Program-made: the position numbers and the translations under genes
Assembly (NCBI RefSeq): GCF_964355755.1
Contig: NC_092675.1
Location: forward strand, 18,448,912 to 18,512,911
Reading direction: 5' to 3'
DNA: 64,000 nt
Source: Antedon mediterranea
Taxonomy: Eukaryota > Animalia > Echinodermata
Notes under the pieces: model-generated
The model's database searches: none
Told to the model about the DNA's origin: nothing
The model's input: the letters and a program-made list of their open reading frames with translations, nothing else
In this document: positions 48,877-61,370 of the stretch, piece by piece
Numbering within the stretch: the first letter of the stretch is position 1
Layout: the number at the start of each line of letters is the position of its first letter

Positions 48877-49020
48877 CAAAATTAATATTTACATCGAAAA
48901 TATAACAATGAAATGAAGAGTGGTGATGGTTTGTGAAAAGAGAAGAGCTTCTAGCAAAAAAAAAGAAAGATCACCAGTAAACCTAAAGAGGGCGGAAATT
49001 GAACTTCAAAACGAACAATG
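48877..49020 (-). promoter_or_regulatory. Putative CCAR1 non-coding first exon and promoter region
   Basis: The ATG exon has its own acceptor, so an upstream exon must exist. There is a TTG|gtaagc donor at 48876 and a GGGCGG box near 48990. The upstream boundary is a guess. Confidence 0.4.
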
Positions 49021-52000
49021 AAAATGGTTCATAAACCATCATGGGTGGTATAAATTAAGGAAACAGTAATAACGAAAATCAAATAAAAAAGAAATCCATT
49101 TCAGTTGATTTAAATATACTTTAATTTCTGAAAATAAAACTCAAATAAACGTTTATCCGTTTAAAATCAGTGTAATGTGCTATTAAAAAGTAGGCCTATT
49201 TATATTAACTTCAGATTTAAATCAGACTGAATAATCATCGATTTACTGAAGTTAAAGAGTGAGTTTAATATAATATATGTCAATCTAATAGTGTCAATTT
49301 CAAAAACAATAAATCTACAAAATAAAATTGAAATGTTGAACATAATTGGATTTGTTATTGATATAATTAATCGATTGTCAAACAAGTTAATTTCGTTATT
49401 GTAGACGTTTTTCTGCCATTCTTAATTTGTCAATTGCATCACGTAATACCGTACACAATTATGATTAAATACAAACTCGTGCAAAATGTGTACCATATTC
49501 TTCAATTTTGTTCAAAATTTGTATTAGATTACAGTGTATTATTTATATTTGTTTACAAAAATATCAATACAGACTAGGTCTACGTTGATGATGTGTACGA
49601 GCAATCCCCCATCATCGGTTTTACATGATGGCGCCTTCGGCAAGTCACTGAGTCTAGTAATGTTGATGATGTTGTTACGATCTGGATTGATAACTGAATC
49701 TGTCAGTTGAATGTTCATCATGCCCATTGTATTTACATTCTTTCATGTATTTCAATTATGTTAAAATACATGTCTATAACTCTCTCGTCAACCCATCTCA
49801 TCAGTATTCTTCAGTTTTGTGAATTTCATTAATCCATACGATTTGTCATACGTCACCGTCAATCAAACAATATGGGAAGAAAAGAAACAAATGTTATGTT
49901 TATCCTCTAGGATAGAGTAAGTAAGTGGGCCTGTCGTGAATAAAAGATGGCTGCAAGTAACATGACACGTAAATTATTTATAAACCCCTTAAAAATGTTG
50001 TTAATGTTTGCTGAAAAGGAAGTTTTTTGGCACATAATAGTAGTTTTTCAGTTTGAACAAAATTTGAATTGAAAAAAAAAATACAAAATTGGATTTTATT
50101 CATCCTTTTTTTTTGCTATGCAAAATGTAGAGAGAGTGACAACGGAGGGCGTGCTAGTTAATTTTCGTTCCATATTAAGATACAGATAACTCAAGATATT
50201 AATAAAGCTTTTGTGACATTATTATTTCGCCAAAAAAAAAAAAAAAAAAAAAAAATGTTCATTTCTAATTTCATTCTTATCAAAATCAATCGTAAATATG
50301 ACAGTTACCACAGGTGGTATAGCTGCTGTATTCCATTAAACATGTACAACATATAGATGTAATTTAAGCACGGCGAGTTGTCATAAATAGTAAAACCAAT
50401 TCCATATCAAATTACTGAAATTTTTATTTATTCATTTACTACTAGTTCTCTGCAAGTTATCATTTTGTTGTGTAGTCTGTATTATATTTATACTTTCGAA
50501 CGTAGATGTGTGACTTTGTTTTGTAGTCCTATAATTAAGATTATCACTGAAATAATTAAACAATAACACAAGTATAGTAATATAGTATTATAAATGAGGA
50601 TTATTCAGAATATTATAGAATTTATATTAAAAAACTCTAAATCATTTTAAATAAGAAACATTGATGGTAACTAAAAATAACCTAGCAGTTTAGTATTATT
50701 TTTTACATCTTCTTCATAATGATCATTATTATAATATCTAAATTATTAAAAAACAATTATTAGGACGACATAATAATGGTTATAATTCCAATGGAAATGC
50801 ATTTTGTGACGTATATATGATTCCTTAACTTCCTTTGTCCCATTTTGGTGTTCTGATATTGCTTTCCTAATTTTATTTTACCACCCCTCCACCACCCCCT
50901 ACTCTGAGCAATATAGAAAATATTCGATATTCGACTATATCCAATTATAAACATTAAACATTTTCTAAAACAAATTAATTTTGTAAAACACAGTCTTAAT
51001 AACATTTTTAGCCGATCATTCAAATCCATTCATCAATTTATCTTATGCAGATCCGGTGTTGAACTTTCCAAAAAAATTTAAAGAAAATGAATGCAGAAAA
51101 CTCCCGACGCCATTTCAACATTCTAAAAATAAGTGTTATATGATGCTCTTGTTTTTATATATTTACATATGTTGTAATTTTCCATTAATTATATTTGTTA
51201 ATTCAAATTCCAGGTAGTATCCAGTTGTAATGACAATACATTTTATATTATCTCAATCATTTAGTATTTTTATGATTGATATGTAATTGGGTTAAACATT
51301 GAACAAAATATTATTGTTATAAGTACATGCACATTTCTGGGTGAATGACATGTAATGGACATAACATTAGTGATGCCTTCCTACCACCAAGGCCTCTTAA
51401 TAATGTTTTATTGAATGTTACCAAAACATAAACTTACAATGATGAAATGAGCTAACGATCAACCTCACTGAACTGGAAATGTTATGGCGGAAAACGTGAC
51501 TCGTCAAAGATAATGAGATGGGAGGATAGCTAATTATGTCTTCAATCTTGTTTTAATAATTTTATATTCCGGCAATTAACTGTTGTAGTTTTTGTCAACA
51601 AACGGAGAAAGAATTTCTTCATTCTTGTTTTCACTAAACATATTGAAATAATTTGATTGGATTATTGTGTTATGTTACTTGTTATTTTTTTGTGCATATT
51701 TTTAACAAACAAATGTATTTGGATTTTGTGGGAAGTATCCTGGTCTATCCAATCTAAGGCAAAATATAAAATGTTCATTTACAACATCAACAACATCTGT
51801 ATACATGTTTAAATAGGCCTAACTGTATTTGTTAATCGTTGAACTATTTTTTATTTAATTAATTTCTTCTTCTGAAACAATCAAACATGTTTTTTAAAAT
51901 TTCTTCTATAAACATTATTATTTGTTATTTCTTCCAATTTTCAAAACCCCAATTTTCTGAAAAACAATTTTTCCTATTCCAATGGATGAAGGAACATCCT

Positions 52001-54669
52001 GATTTTTCTCATTCATCAATATGTATAATAGAAGATTTTTTCTCATTATCTCACAATAATTAAACAAAATATACATACATGTTTCTCGCCTTCTTGCCTT
52101 TACACAAATACTAAATGAGTTGTAAATAGAAAGATTTTATCTGTGAAAACAATATTATTTAAAAGTATTAATATATTGAAGAAATATTTTCTTTTTATAT
52201 TTTTATTTTATGATGAAAAAATAGCGAGGCAGCACAAAATTACATGACTTAATAAAGCTATATTGTTAGTAGTATACCGGAAGACTATAAACATACGAAT
52301 GTGTTTAATGGTATCGAGAACACCATCACAGCCTGATTCCTGTACGCACATGCATCATTCACATCTTCGTCACTTCTTATGAATTTCTTCAAGTGTACTC
52401 TAGCATTCATTATTTCATTATCAAAGGTGTTGACGCTAAAATCGCACTCGCCGTTAGCGGCAATATATTATCTAATATTCTTTTGTTTGCACAGCATCGG
52501 TATTATTTCTAGCACTCTTGGGTGTGATACTAACTCCCAAGAGTGCTGTCCAAGACATTCCATCAAAGACGAATATTGTCAATTATTGAGCATGTACTCA
52601 GTAATGTTGACGAGATTATTCTCGACATCATTGAGAATGTCATTTTGTATATTTAAAGAGATATCTTTAATTGAGAAACTATGTAGTTAAGAAATAGATT
52701 AGGATATAGATTACATTTTCATTATTACAGATTAGAACATATCGTGCCGTACTTTATGACATAATAAATGTGTATTTTATTAACAAAAGAAATATAAGAG
52801 GCATAAAGATAAATTTCAAAATTGGGGTTTCTAAAATTTGAAAATATAACTTATTTGGCGTATTATAAACAAAATATTCTACAATCCATTCACAATGAAA
52901 ATCTCCCATCTGTCAGTTGTTGACAGCATTGACAAATCAAATCATCTCTGAAAAAATTAATTATAGTTGCTCGTCTATAAGGTGGTGTACTTTACATAAG
53001 AGGAAAAGCTCGTGTGTTTTCTGAATTAACTAAAGGGTGTACTGGATTAAAAAAGTCGTCAGACAGTTTGGAAAATGGTCAATGCATGTACATATTGTAA
53101 TGTTTCGTACGACAAGGCAAGGGACTTGCAGTAATTTGTTCAGTTATGTATTTTACAGTACCAATACACTATATGTGTTTACTTTATTACTAAAATAAAT
53201 ATTAAAATAATAGTATTCATTTCTCAGATTAATTTGATAATAAATGAATAATTATGCTAAAATTGAATGAGTCTCACAAAATAGAAAAAACATTATTCAC
53301 TTGCAAAATGCATCTTGATGAACATATGATCTGGCATGCGAAAAGATCGTTGTCTTAAGTGACGTAACATTCTAGATGCAGAGTGTTTACTAAGTGTCGA
53401 AAATGCATGATAAGCCTAAGAGTCTAGCCCATCATAAAAATGATGGACCAAAAATGTCTCAAGCGGGTAATAAAAATAGATTGAAGATGGGCGCGACCTC
53501 TACAATGGTCGTATTATTCATTTTATTCATTGGTTGAAGCGGTGTAGATTAGTTGTTCCATATGTCAACTCGTATTTGAATTTTCTTCACTTGTATAACT
53601 CTTTATCAATGTATGACCATAGTATTATAGATTATTGATCAAATAACTAGCGCTTAAAAAGGAAGAAACGCTGATTTGTTAAGGCATTAGTTTGAACGGA
53701 TGTTGAATTTGGAATCATTATATGAGGACGCTGTTTACCGCCTGTAACTTAGTTAAACTTGGATTGCTTTGGTTAAGTATCAGGAGTCCATCCAATTTAT
53801 CATTACTGTATTAGTTTTTAATTTGTTTCCTAATTATTTCTTACTTTATCTGGATTTAATTTGTAGATGGACCATGCAGTATAGACTTAAGGTAAGATTA
53901 AACCATTTAAGATCATTTAGTTAATTTATTGTATTAGGTAGACAATTCACTAGGTGTGAATCTATAATTAGGCCCACATCCATAAAAAAAAGTCTACGAT
54001 CAACACATGGACTGTAGAAGAAGATTATTTACTTTCATTAAATGGATTATGGGGGAAACATAGATCAAATATGAAGAAAGCTGTTAATGTTCCATTTTAC
54101 AGCTGGGAACATTTTACTGCATTTTGGATTCATAAAAGCTACAATTAAACTAATCACAGAAACGAAAGAGTCTGGAAATAATATGTATTGTTTATATTTT
54201 ATTATTTCCATCAATGAAAGTACATTTTAGAGTTAAATGAATATTTTTTAAATTAATATTCATTTATTGAATAATCTGTGAACGTGTGTATATAGTTTGT
54301 CTTCAACGTATACGTCAGATTCTTTTACCATTAGATCAAATTCATCGTAATACATAGTTAGATATCAAACGACATTGTTCCATTAAAACATTATATGATA
54401 CCAACCACTACAATATGCTTCAAGTGCAAAGATTAGAAAGAAATTGATTTAATCACCAGTTTGTCAGTTACTGGAAAGAACTTCAAGTTTAGAATAGAAT
54501 ACTATATACTATAATATGCGCAAAGGAGGCCTGTTTTAAGAAAATTACATTAATGTTGAGAAAGAAAATGAGGTATGTAATTGTATTTTAGACAAAATAC
54601 ATTCATGCATGTTGTACAATTTAGAGAAAATATAACTATATATTATAGTAAAATAAAATAAATAAAATA

Positions 54670-56450
54670 TTAAATAAATTTAAAGACAAAAACCCTAAAG
54701 CAGCATGGAAAGCAATTAAAACACTAACCGGCTACAAAGAAACCATATTGCGTGTACATGGAAGTGAGAACTTCGCTAATGACTTAAACAACTTTTTCTG
54801 TCGTTTTGAATCCGAGATATTAGTTACCAAAAATGAAAATGAAGACACAGAAATCCACGAAAATGAGACTTCATTAGTAAACAATGCAGTCATAAATGTA
54901 GTTGATGTGCGTAATGTATTCGCCAAAGTAAAGCTTGGTAAAAGTACTGGCCCTGATGGAATTGGAAATCGTGTTATTAAATACTGCAACCAAGAGTTGG
55001 CACCGATATATACCAAACTTTTTAATGAGAGTTTAGCAAGTGGTACAGTGCCCAATCAATGGAAACGGCATGTATCTCACCTATTCCTAAGATAAAAAAT
55101 CCCAAGGAACTTAATGACTATAGGCCAATAGCTATCACATCCAATGTTGGTAAGTGCCTAGAAAAAATTGTACTTAGGCAGTTGCTTGATCAGACCAAAT
55201 TGTTTCTCGATCCTCTCCAATTTGCCTATCAGAGTAATAGAAGTGTTGAAGATGCTGTGCTCTTCCACTTACATAATATTTACCAACATTTAGATGTGCC
55301 TAAATCATATGTAAGATGTTTGTATATAGATTTTTCTAGTGCTTTTAATACCGTTGAACCTGGTTCATTAGTACGCAAACTTAAAGAAATGAACGTAAAC
55401 GACACATTGACTTCATGGATATATAATTTCTTAACAAAAAGGTTCCAGTATGTTAAACTAAACGGTATTTTATCTGATAAAAGAACTGTTAGCATTGGCA
55501 CGCCACAAGGGTCTGTTATCTCCCCAATGTTGTTTTCACTGTTCACCAGCAGTTTCAGAGCCAATTCAAATGAATGTTGTATAGTAAAATATGCAGATGA
55601 CACAGTCATCACTGGATACATTACTGGCAATGATGAAACAAGCTATAGACAACTAGGATGTGATTTTTATCACTGGTGCTGCAATAACAACCTGAAACTA
55701 AACATAAAGAAAACAAAAGAAATGCAAATTGATTTTAGGAAAATTAAAGAACCCTTAGAACCTCTGATTATAAATGAAAATGAGATTGAAGTAGTAAATG
55801 AGTACAAATATCTGGGTTGTATAATTGACAATAAGCTAAATTGGATAAATAATGTAAATAAAGCCACATGCAAAGCCAACCAAAGGATGTTTATTTTAAG
55901 AAAAATGAAGTACCTACAAATTGACAAAACTATACTTAAATTGTTTTATAACTCTGTAATTCTCAGTGTAATACTTTTTTGTAATGTTTGTTTCTATGGT
56001 AATACAATGCAAAAAGATAAAATTAAACTTAATCGAATAGGAAATAGAGCAATTAGACTAGTAGGAGAGCACTTACCTGATGTTGAATCCTTGTATAAAG
56101 AAAATGTGTTAAAAAAAGTAAAAAGTATCATTGATGATGAAACACATCCTCTTCACAAACAATTTGCTCTCATGAATTCTGGCATAAGACTACGTGCACT
56201 TAATACCAAAACAAAACGGTTTAGGTGCTCGTTTGTACCTAATGCTATACACTTATATAACTCCAGAGTACAAAGGTAAAATGTAACCGATAATTTTTAT
56301 CTAATTTTAACAATTTTTAGCCTCTTAACTTTTTGTGTGTGTTTTTGTAAATTGTATTTTATATTTTTGTATTTTGCCAGTTTTCAAATCACATTTCTGT
56401 TTTTTAAATGGACAATAAAGTATATATGACTATGACTATGACTATGACTA
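54670..56450 (+). mobile_element. 5'-truncated non-LTR retrotransposon (LINE), Rex1/Babar-like
   Basis: RT motifs YRPIAIT, LDPLQFAY, IDFSSAFNTV, GTPQGSVISP, KYADD, YKYLG; C-terminus HPLH..F...SG.R.R...SFVP.AI.L.N; 3' UTR with AATAAA and (ATGACT)4 tail. Confidence 0.92.
54673..56279 (+). pseudogene. LINE ORF2 reverse transcriptase, truncated, one frameshift near 55065
   Basis: ORFs 54748..55095 and 55059..56279 join as PNQWK-TACISPIPK if one A is restored at 55063-55065; the endonuclease domain is absent. Confidence 0.88.
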
Positions 56451-57698
56451 GTAAACCTCAAATGGTAACAGTGATGATTCTCTTTCGACGTCTATCAATC
56501 TTAAACAAATTTAAATATATTATGTGATGGCGCTAGTAACAATCCGTTTTGCGTGACTAACTAAATGAAAAACATAATGCATAAACGGGCATAAATACGG
56601 AGGGTCCGGTTTGTGTCATGTTATTGTAACAAACCAGATATGTTGTAAATAAAGGTGGAATGATTGCCTTTGTTTTGTAATTGTCAGAAGATTATCGACA
56701 TCATAATTCTACCAATGTCTTTTCAAATTGACCGGTAACACCGATGGTATCTACTGGTAATTACTGGTATCTAAAGGCAATTCATTGCCGGTGTTTACCG
56801 ATATTCTTCACAAAATAATATGCATAGGATCCTCTTGATATCAGGAACAGATATAAAGCCTGTTTTCCACTAGGCGAATGTATTCGTGCGAATAGAACAT
56901 TTCTGAGCTATGATTGGTTGCGCACTTAACTCACGTCACTAATATAGCAGATAGAAATACGAACACACACATGTGAATTAGATAGACGTTAGCTTAAACA
57001 AAATGCTCAATCATTCTCCATTCTGTGTATAGTATTAGGAAAAACGAAAAACGCCACTGAGTATAGTTCGCCCATTCTTTGAACCAAGACTAAGATATAA
57101 TCGCTATTAAACTTCGCTTATTCAACTAATTGTTATGTAATGATTTTAGATCATGCAAGGTTAGTTAGTTTTGCATCAAAATTATCAATAATATGATATA
57201 TTAAATGTATAATTATTCTGGAAATAGGTCATTTGAAACAGATTTGTGATGTTGTGACCTGTATTCCAAGAAAGGTCTAAGAAGGACCTTGGCAGTACAA
57301 CCTCCTTGCTAAAATACAACATTGTCTTGGACCATGGTTCGGTACCCACTTGAATAATTGAGTTTGTCTACTCCTTTCAATATAATTACATTAATATTAA
57401 TTGGAAACAATTTATAAAATATATAAAATATATCGTAAATGAATCATTAGACATTAGTGTATAAGTATTGAAACCTAACGTCAATTAAATTGCATAGTAG
57501 GCCTAAAGGTATTGAAGTGGACTTTGTTAATATTCCTCTACAAATAACAGTGACATTTATTAATCGTTTTGCTTAAGTCAAAAATAGTTAATCTGTTCTT
57601 AAGTTTTGAAAAAATAAGCTCAGAAGAAAATTAGTATAACATAGGCCTATTGACATTAAAGTTGAAACAGAAATATTTTCTTTCTGGTTTTTCTCCAA

Positions 57699-57858
57699 AG
57701 CTGTCTACACATCAAACTTTATGTGACAAAAAATGTGATGTGCACATATATAGGCATGATGATGTCATATCACTACCATATTTGGGAATATCACTACCAT
57801 ATCTGGGCACATCATCACACTCTTTTGTAACATAAAGTTTGATAGTGTAGACAGAGCT
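57699..57858. mobile_element. Palindromic MITE (AGCT termini, Harbinger-like)
   Basis: agctgtctacacatcaaactttatgtgacaaaa ... ttttgtaacataaagtttgatagtgtagacagagct|tta. Confidence 0.75.
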
Positions 57859-58178
57859 TTAGTAACCTTTAACGCGTTTGGACGTGTGTTCAAATACAAA
57901 AAATTACTCTATAATTATATAAGAATTCTTTTTCATTTCACACAGATGACATATCTATAAATCGCCTCAATAACTTATCATTTCGCGTTATTACATCCGT
58001 AAACAATGCTTTCCCCATCCTAATAGCGTCAACGAATTACGAGAATGACGATAGTTAACACTCTGGCAACGTGAAAGTCGTCACTAATCGCAACCAATAT
58101 CATGAATATGATTGTAATGTGTTGCAGCGTTCATATAGATATATTTTACAAGATAACAACTTTCTATATTGCTGTATT

Positions 58179-58410
58179 GGAGTTGGGTAGTCGAGTGGTT
58201 AGAACACTTGACTGTCCTACAGAGATACTCGGGTTCAACTCCCAGTCTTCTCAGCTGTATAAAATGAGTAGACATACCTGGTTGAAAATACAAAGGAGGA
58301 TAAGGCGGCTTGGAAAGGAACTGGCCACACAACCACATAATACCGAGACTTAGTAAAATGAACTCATAACAGCTCATTCCCCTACAATAATGAATACGGG
58401 ACTTGCCAAT
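58179..58410 (+). mobile_element. tRNA-derived SINE (second family)
   Basis: A box tagtcgagtgg and B box gggttcaactccc, followed by a gtataaaatgagta...aaggcggc...gaaagg body resembling conserved metazoan SINE cores. Confidence 0.6.
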
Positions 58411-61050
58411 ATTACTATGTACCGTACCACTCCAATTGTTTAACATACCATCAACCCTTTCTTTCTGAAGTGACGTCATGCTTACGTTTGATTTACAAAG
58501 ATAAAGGCTGCTACACCTAATATAACTATAATAACTTTATTTATTCAGATTCGTAAATATGTTTTGCATTACAATTAGAAAAGAATGTGATATTAGGTGT
58601 TTATGTGTCAATAAGTTATGTTTCAACACATCGTTCAGCGCATTAACTTTCCAAGACAATGACTATGAATATTAATGATTAATAATGAATATTAATGATT
58701 AATAATGAATATTAATGAGCTGAAAGTGTAGCACCATTATGAGGCAACAAACGCTCATTTATTAAACAAATACAACTTTTTTAAGGTAATGATACTGGTA
58801 ATGTTATTTTTATTAATCTTTCTTTAATTATCACAGAGTGTGATTGTATCACTTTCCTTGTGTTGGCATGCCAATGAAACTCTTTACCGCCTCATGATCA
58901 TCATTCTGTTCAGCTTTGTTCTTTTCTTTTCAAAACTTGTAACTAATCCATAGGAATAGTAAAAAGGATATTTATAGAAAGGCGTAAGCTATGTCATGGT
59001 GAATATCCAAACTTATCTTATAATTATATCAACATAATGTTTGTTGCACATAAAAATGTATATATATGCATTTCGATGCAATGTTCACGATGTTTACATT
59101 TCATTCTGTCTGAATATTACGCCTACCGGTTTTTTTTATAACACATTATTTTATGATTGGATTGCTATTATTCTTCAACAATTAAAATCTATATCAACAT
59201 GTTTACTTACACAAGGATTTGATTTAACACATGACGTTTCGGTGACGTCACAATGTAAATATCAGAAAGATTGATAACTCACTTTAGATGATAGGATAAG
59301 TTTTTTATCGTCAAACGTCCAGTCGGAAGTGCGAATTAAAAGATTTGACATTAGTGTAGATTGTGAACCACCGAACGTAAACCTATTTACTATCTGTCTT
59401 CAAGACTTCTACATAACATTAGACGCGGGTGATATGCCAAATAGATGGATAACTACCGGAATGGAAGGCAAAGTGGATATTATTTGTCAAATCCTATAAA
59501 CGATCTATATATTACTTAGATAATGGAATCTTGACTGTAGTAAAGTGAGCTTTTAAGCTGTATTGTCTGGGTCATCATTCATAGTAAGATTGCATTTGTT
59601 GGAGCGTTTACTATTTAACAATAACTTCGTTTGTAAAACTTGACACAAGAAGACATAATCGCAACGCAAATTGATTTGACCAGACACGACACGTGAAGTC
59701 ATACGAGACTGTGATTGGTCACTTGCGTTGCGCGTACGCTGCATCCAAGTGAGAACCAAGCTATTAGAGTGTATCTACATATCCCATGCTTACCGTAACT
59801 TCACATAACTTTATCTTTTTTTTCAATAATTTTGTTTAAAAAATGTATTCATCAGCATTCAGATTGAAGACGCCAAGATGCAATCAACTTCTCGTTTGCT
59901 CTGAAATATCATGAAAACTTATTTCTACATTACAATGTCATTCAATTCCTTGTGATACACTCTGAAGTCACAGATAAACAGTGTGTAAGCTCGCCTTACG
60001 ACAACTATTTTATTAAGAGTATTACAAATAAATCTGAATAAAAACGGCTGTCATTAAAACATAAAAAAAAAATTATTTTAAAAACAACCATCGAAAGAGA
60101 AGAGCAGATGATAATTTATAGAAAAATAATATTTTAGGTAATACTTGTCTTTACACTGTCACGTCATTGCATGATTAATCCAAAATTTAATAAACAGTTC
60201 TTTAAAAAGAAGGAATAGTTCACTCTTCCCTGATGATGATACTGTATTTATCGTTGTACTTGTTATATACCTATGCGATTATATGATATTATAGCTTTAT
60301 TATTATTTATCTATCATAATGATGTATTTTAATTTGTATGTTTCTTCAATAATTTCTACAAAGTTAGTAATCGATTCAACATCCTGTACAGTACAGTTTA
60401 ATTAACCAAATATATGAATACAAGACTCAAGCGGTATGTTTTTAATCAATCACCTTACTGTGTATGAACATTTTCAACATACTAGTAGTAGTACAGTACA
60501 TCAGAGTTAAATAATTGAATATAGTATCGTTGATAGGTTAAAAATGAAATAACATCTCTAAAAATTTAAATGAACTTCAAATAATTAAATAAATACATTA
60601 CGGTACAGACTAAAGTTTATAAACTACCATACTATCTATACTACTACACTATCATCGAGGAATGGAGTGATGTAAATCCATATTTTGCACTTATTGTTTT
60701 CCTGTATGATTCCTAATAAATGTCTTCTGTATGAGAGAAGTGTTTTAATTTAGTTGTTTCACAGTTTCCATAACATAATATGTAAACAATATACGATACA
60801 GCGTTATATTTGGTCTGTCGTTTTATCTTTTTTTTTTACTGTTGTCTTTTAAAGTGCGTTTTCCGTATATACAATGAATGTATGGCGCCCTCGTATGCAT
60901 ACTTAAAATGTAATTGAATTATTTATTGATAAGTCAATTGAAAAATGTCGTACCGACAATGAGCGTTTGCCAATTTTGAATATTTTACACACAATTAACT
61001 TAGAAATATGGTTTTGTCAGTTCCTACTTATTTACATTAAGATGATTTAA

Positions 61051-61370
61051 AGATATATTGTCCCCCTAAAAAAATTTTTTTTTAAATTTTTTTGTTGAAT
61101 ATGTTATTTTAATGTCACATAATAGTTATTCACTCTCACAAAAAATTGGGTCTGAAAAAAATTTAATTTAAAGCAAAAAATGGTCAAATTGTCTGGAAGA
61201 CAATGAGTTTTTGGGTAATTTAACTGTTTATTTTGTCTTTTTATAGGTGAAATAATTTTTTCCCCCGTTTTTGTTCTTATGGAAGTGAACAATTAAAACT
61301 GCAAAATGGCCTATTCAAAGTCCGATTTTAAAAATCTTTATTTTTCATGATTTTGGGGGACAATACATCT
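61051..61370. mobile_element. Kolobok-type MITE
   Basis: TTAA|AGATATATTGTCCCCC ... GGGGGACAATACATCT|TTAA: TTAA target duplication with AG..CT termini. Confidence 0.85.

Noticed and set aside
54732-55927. Antisense ORFs over the LINE
   Set aside because: Shadow ORFs of the RT coding strand.
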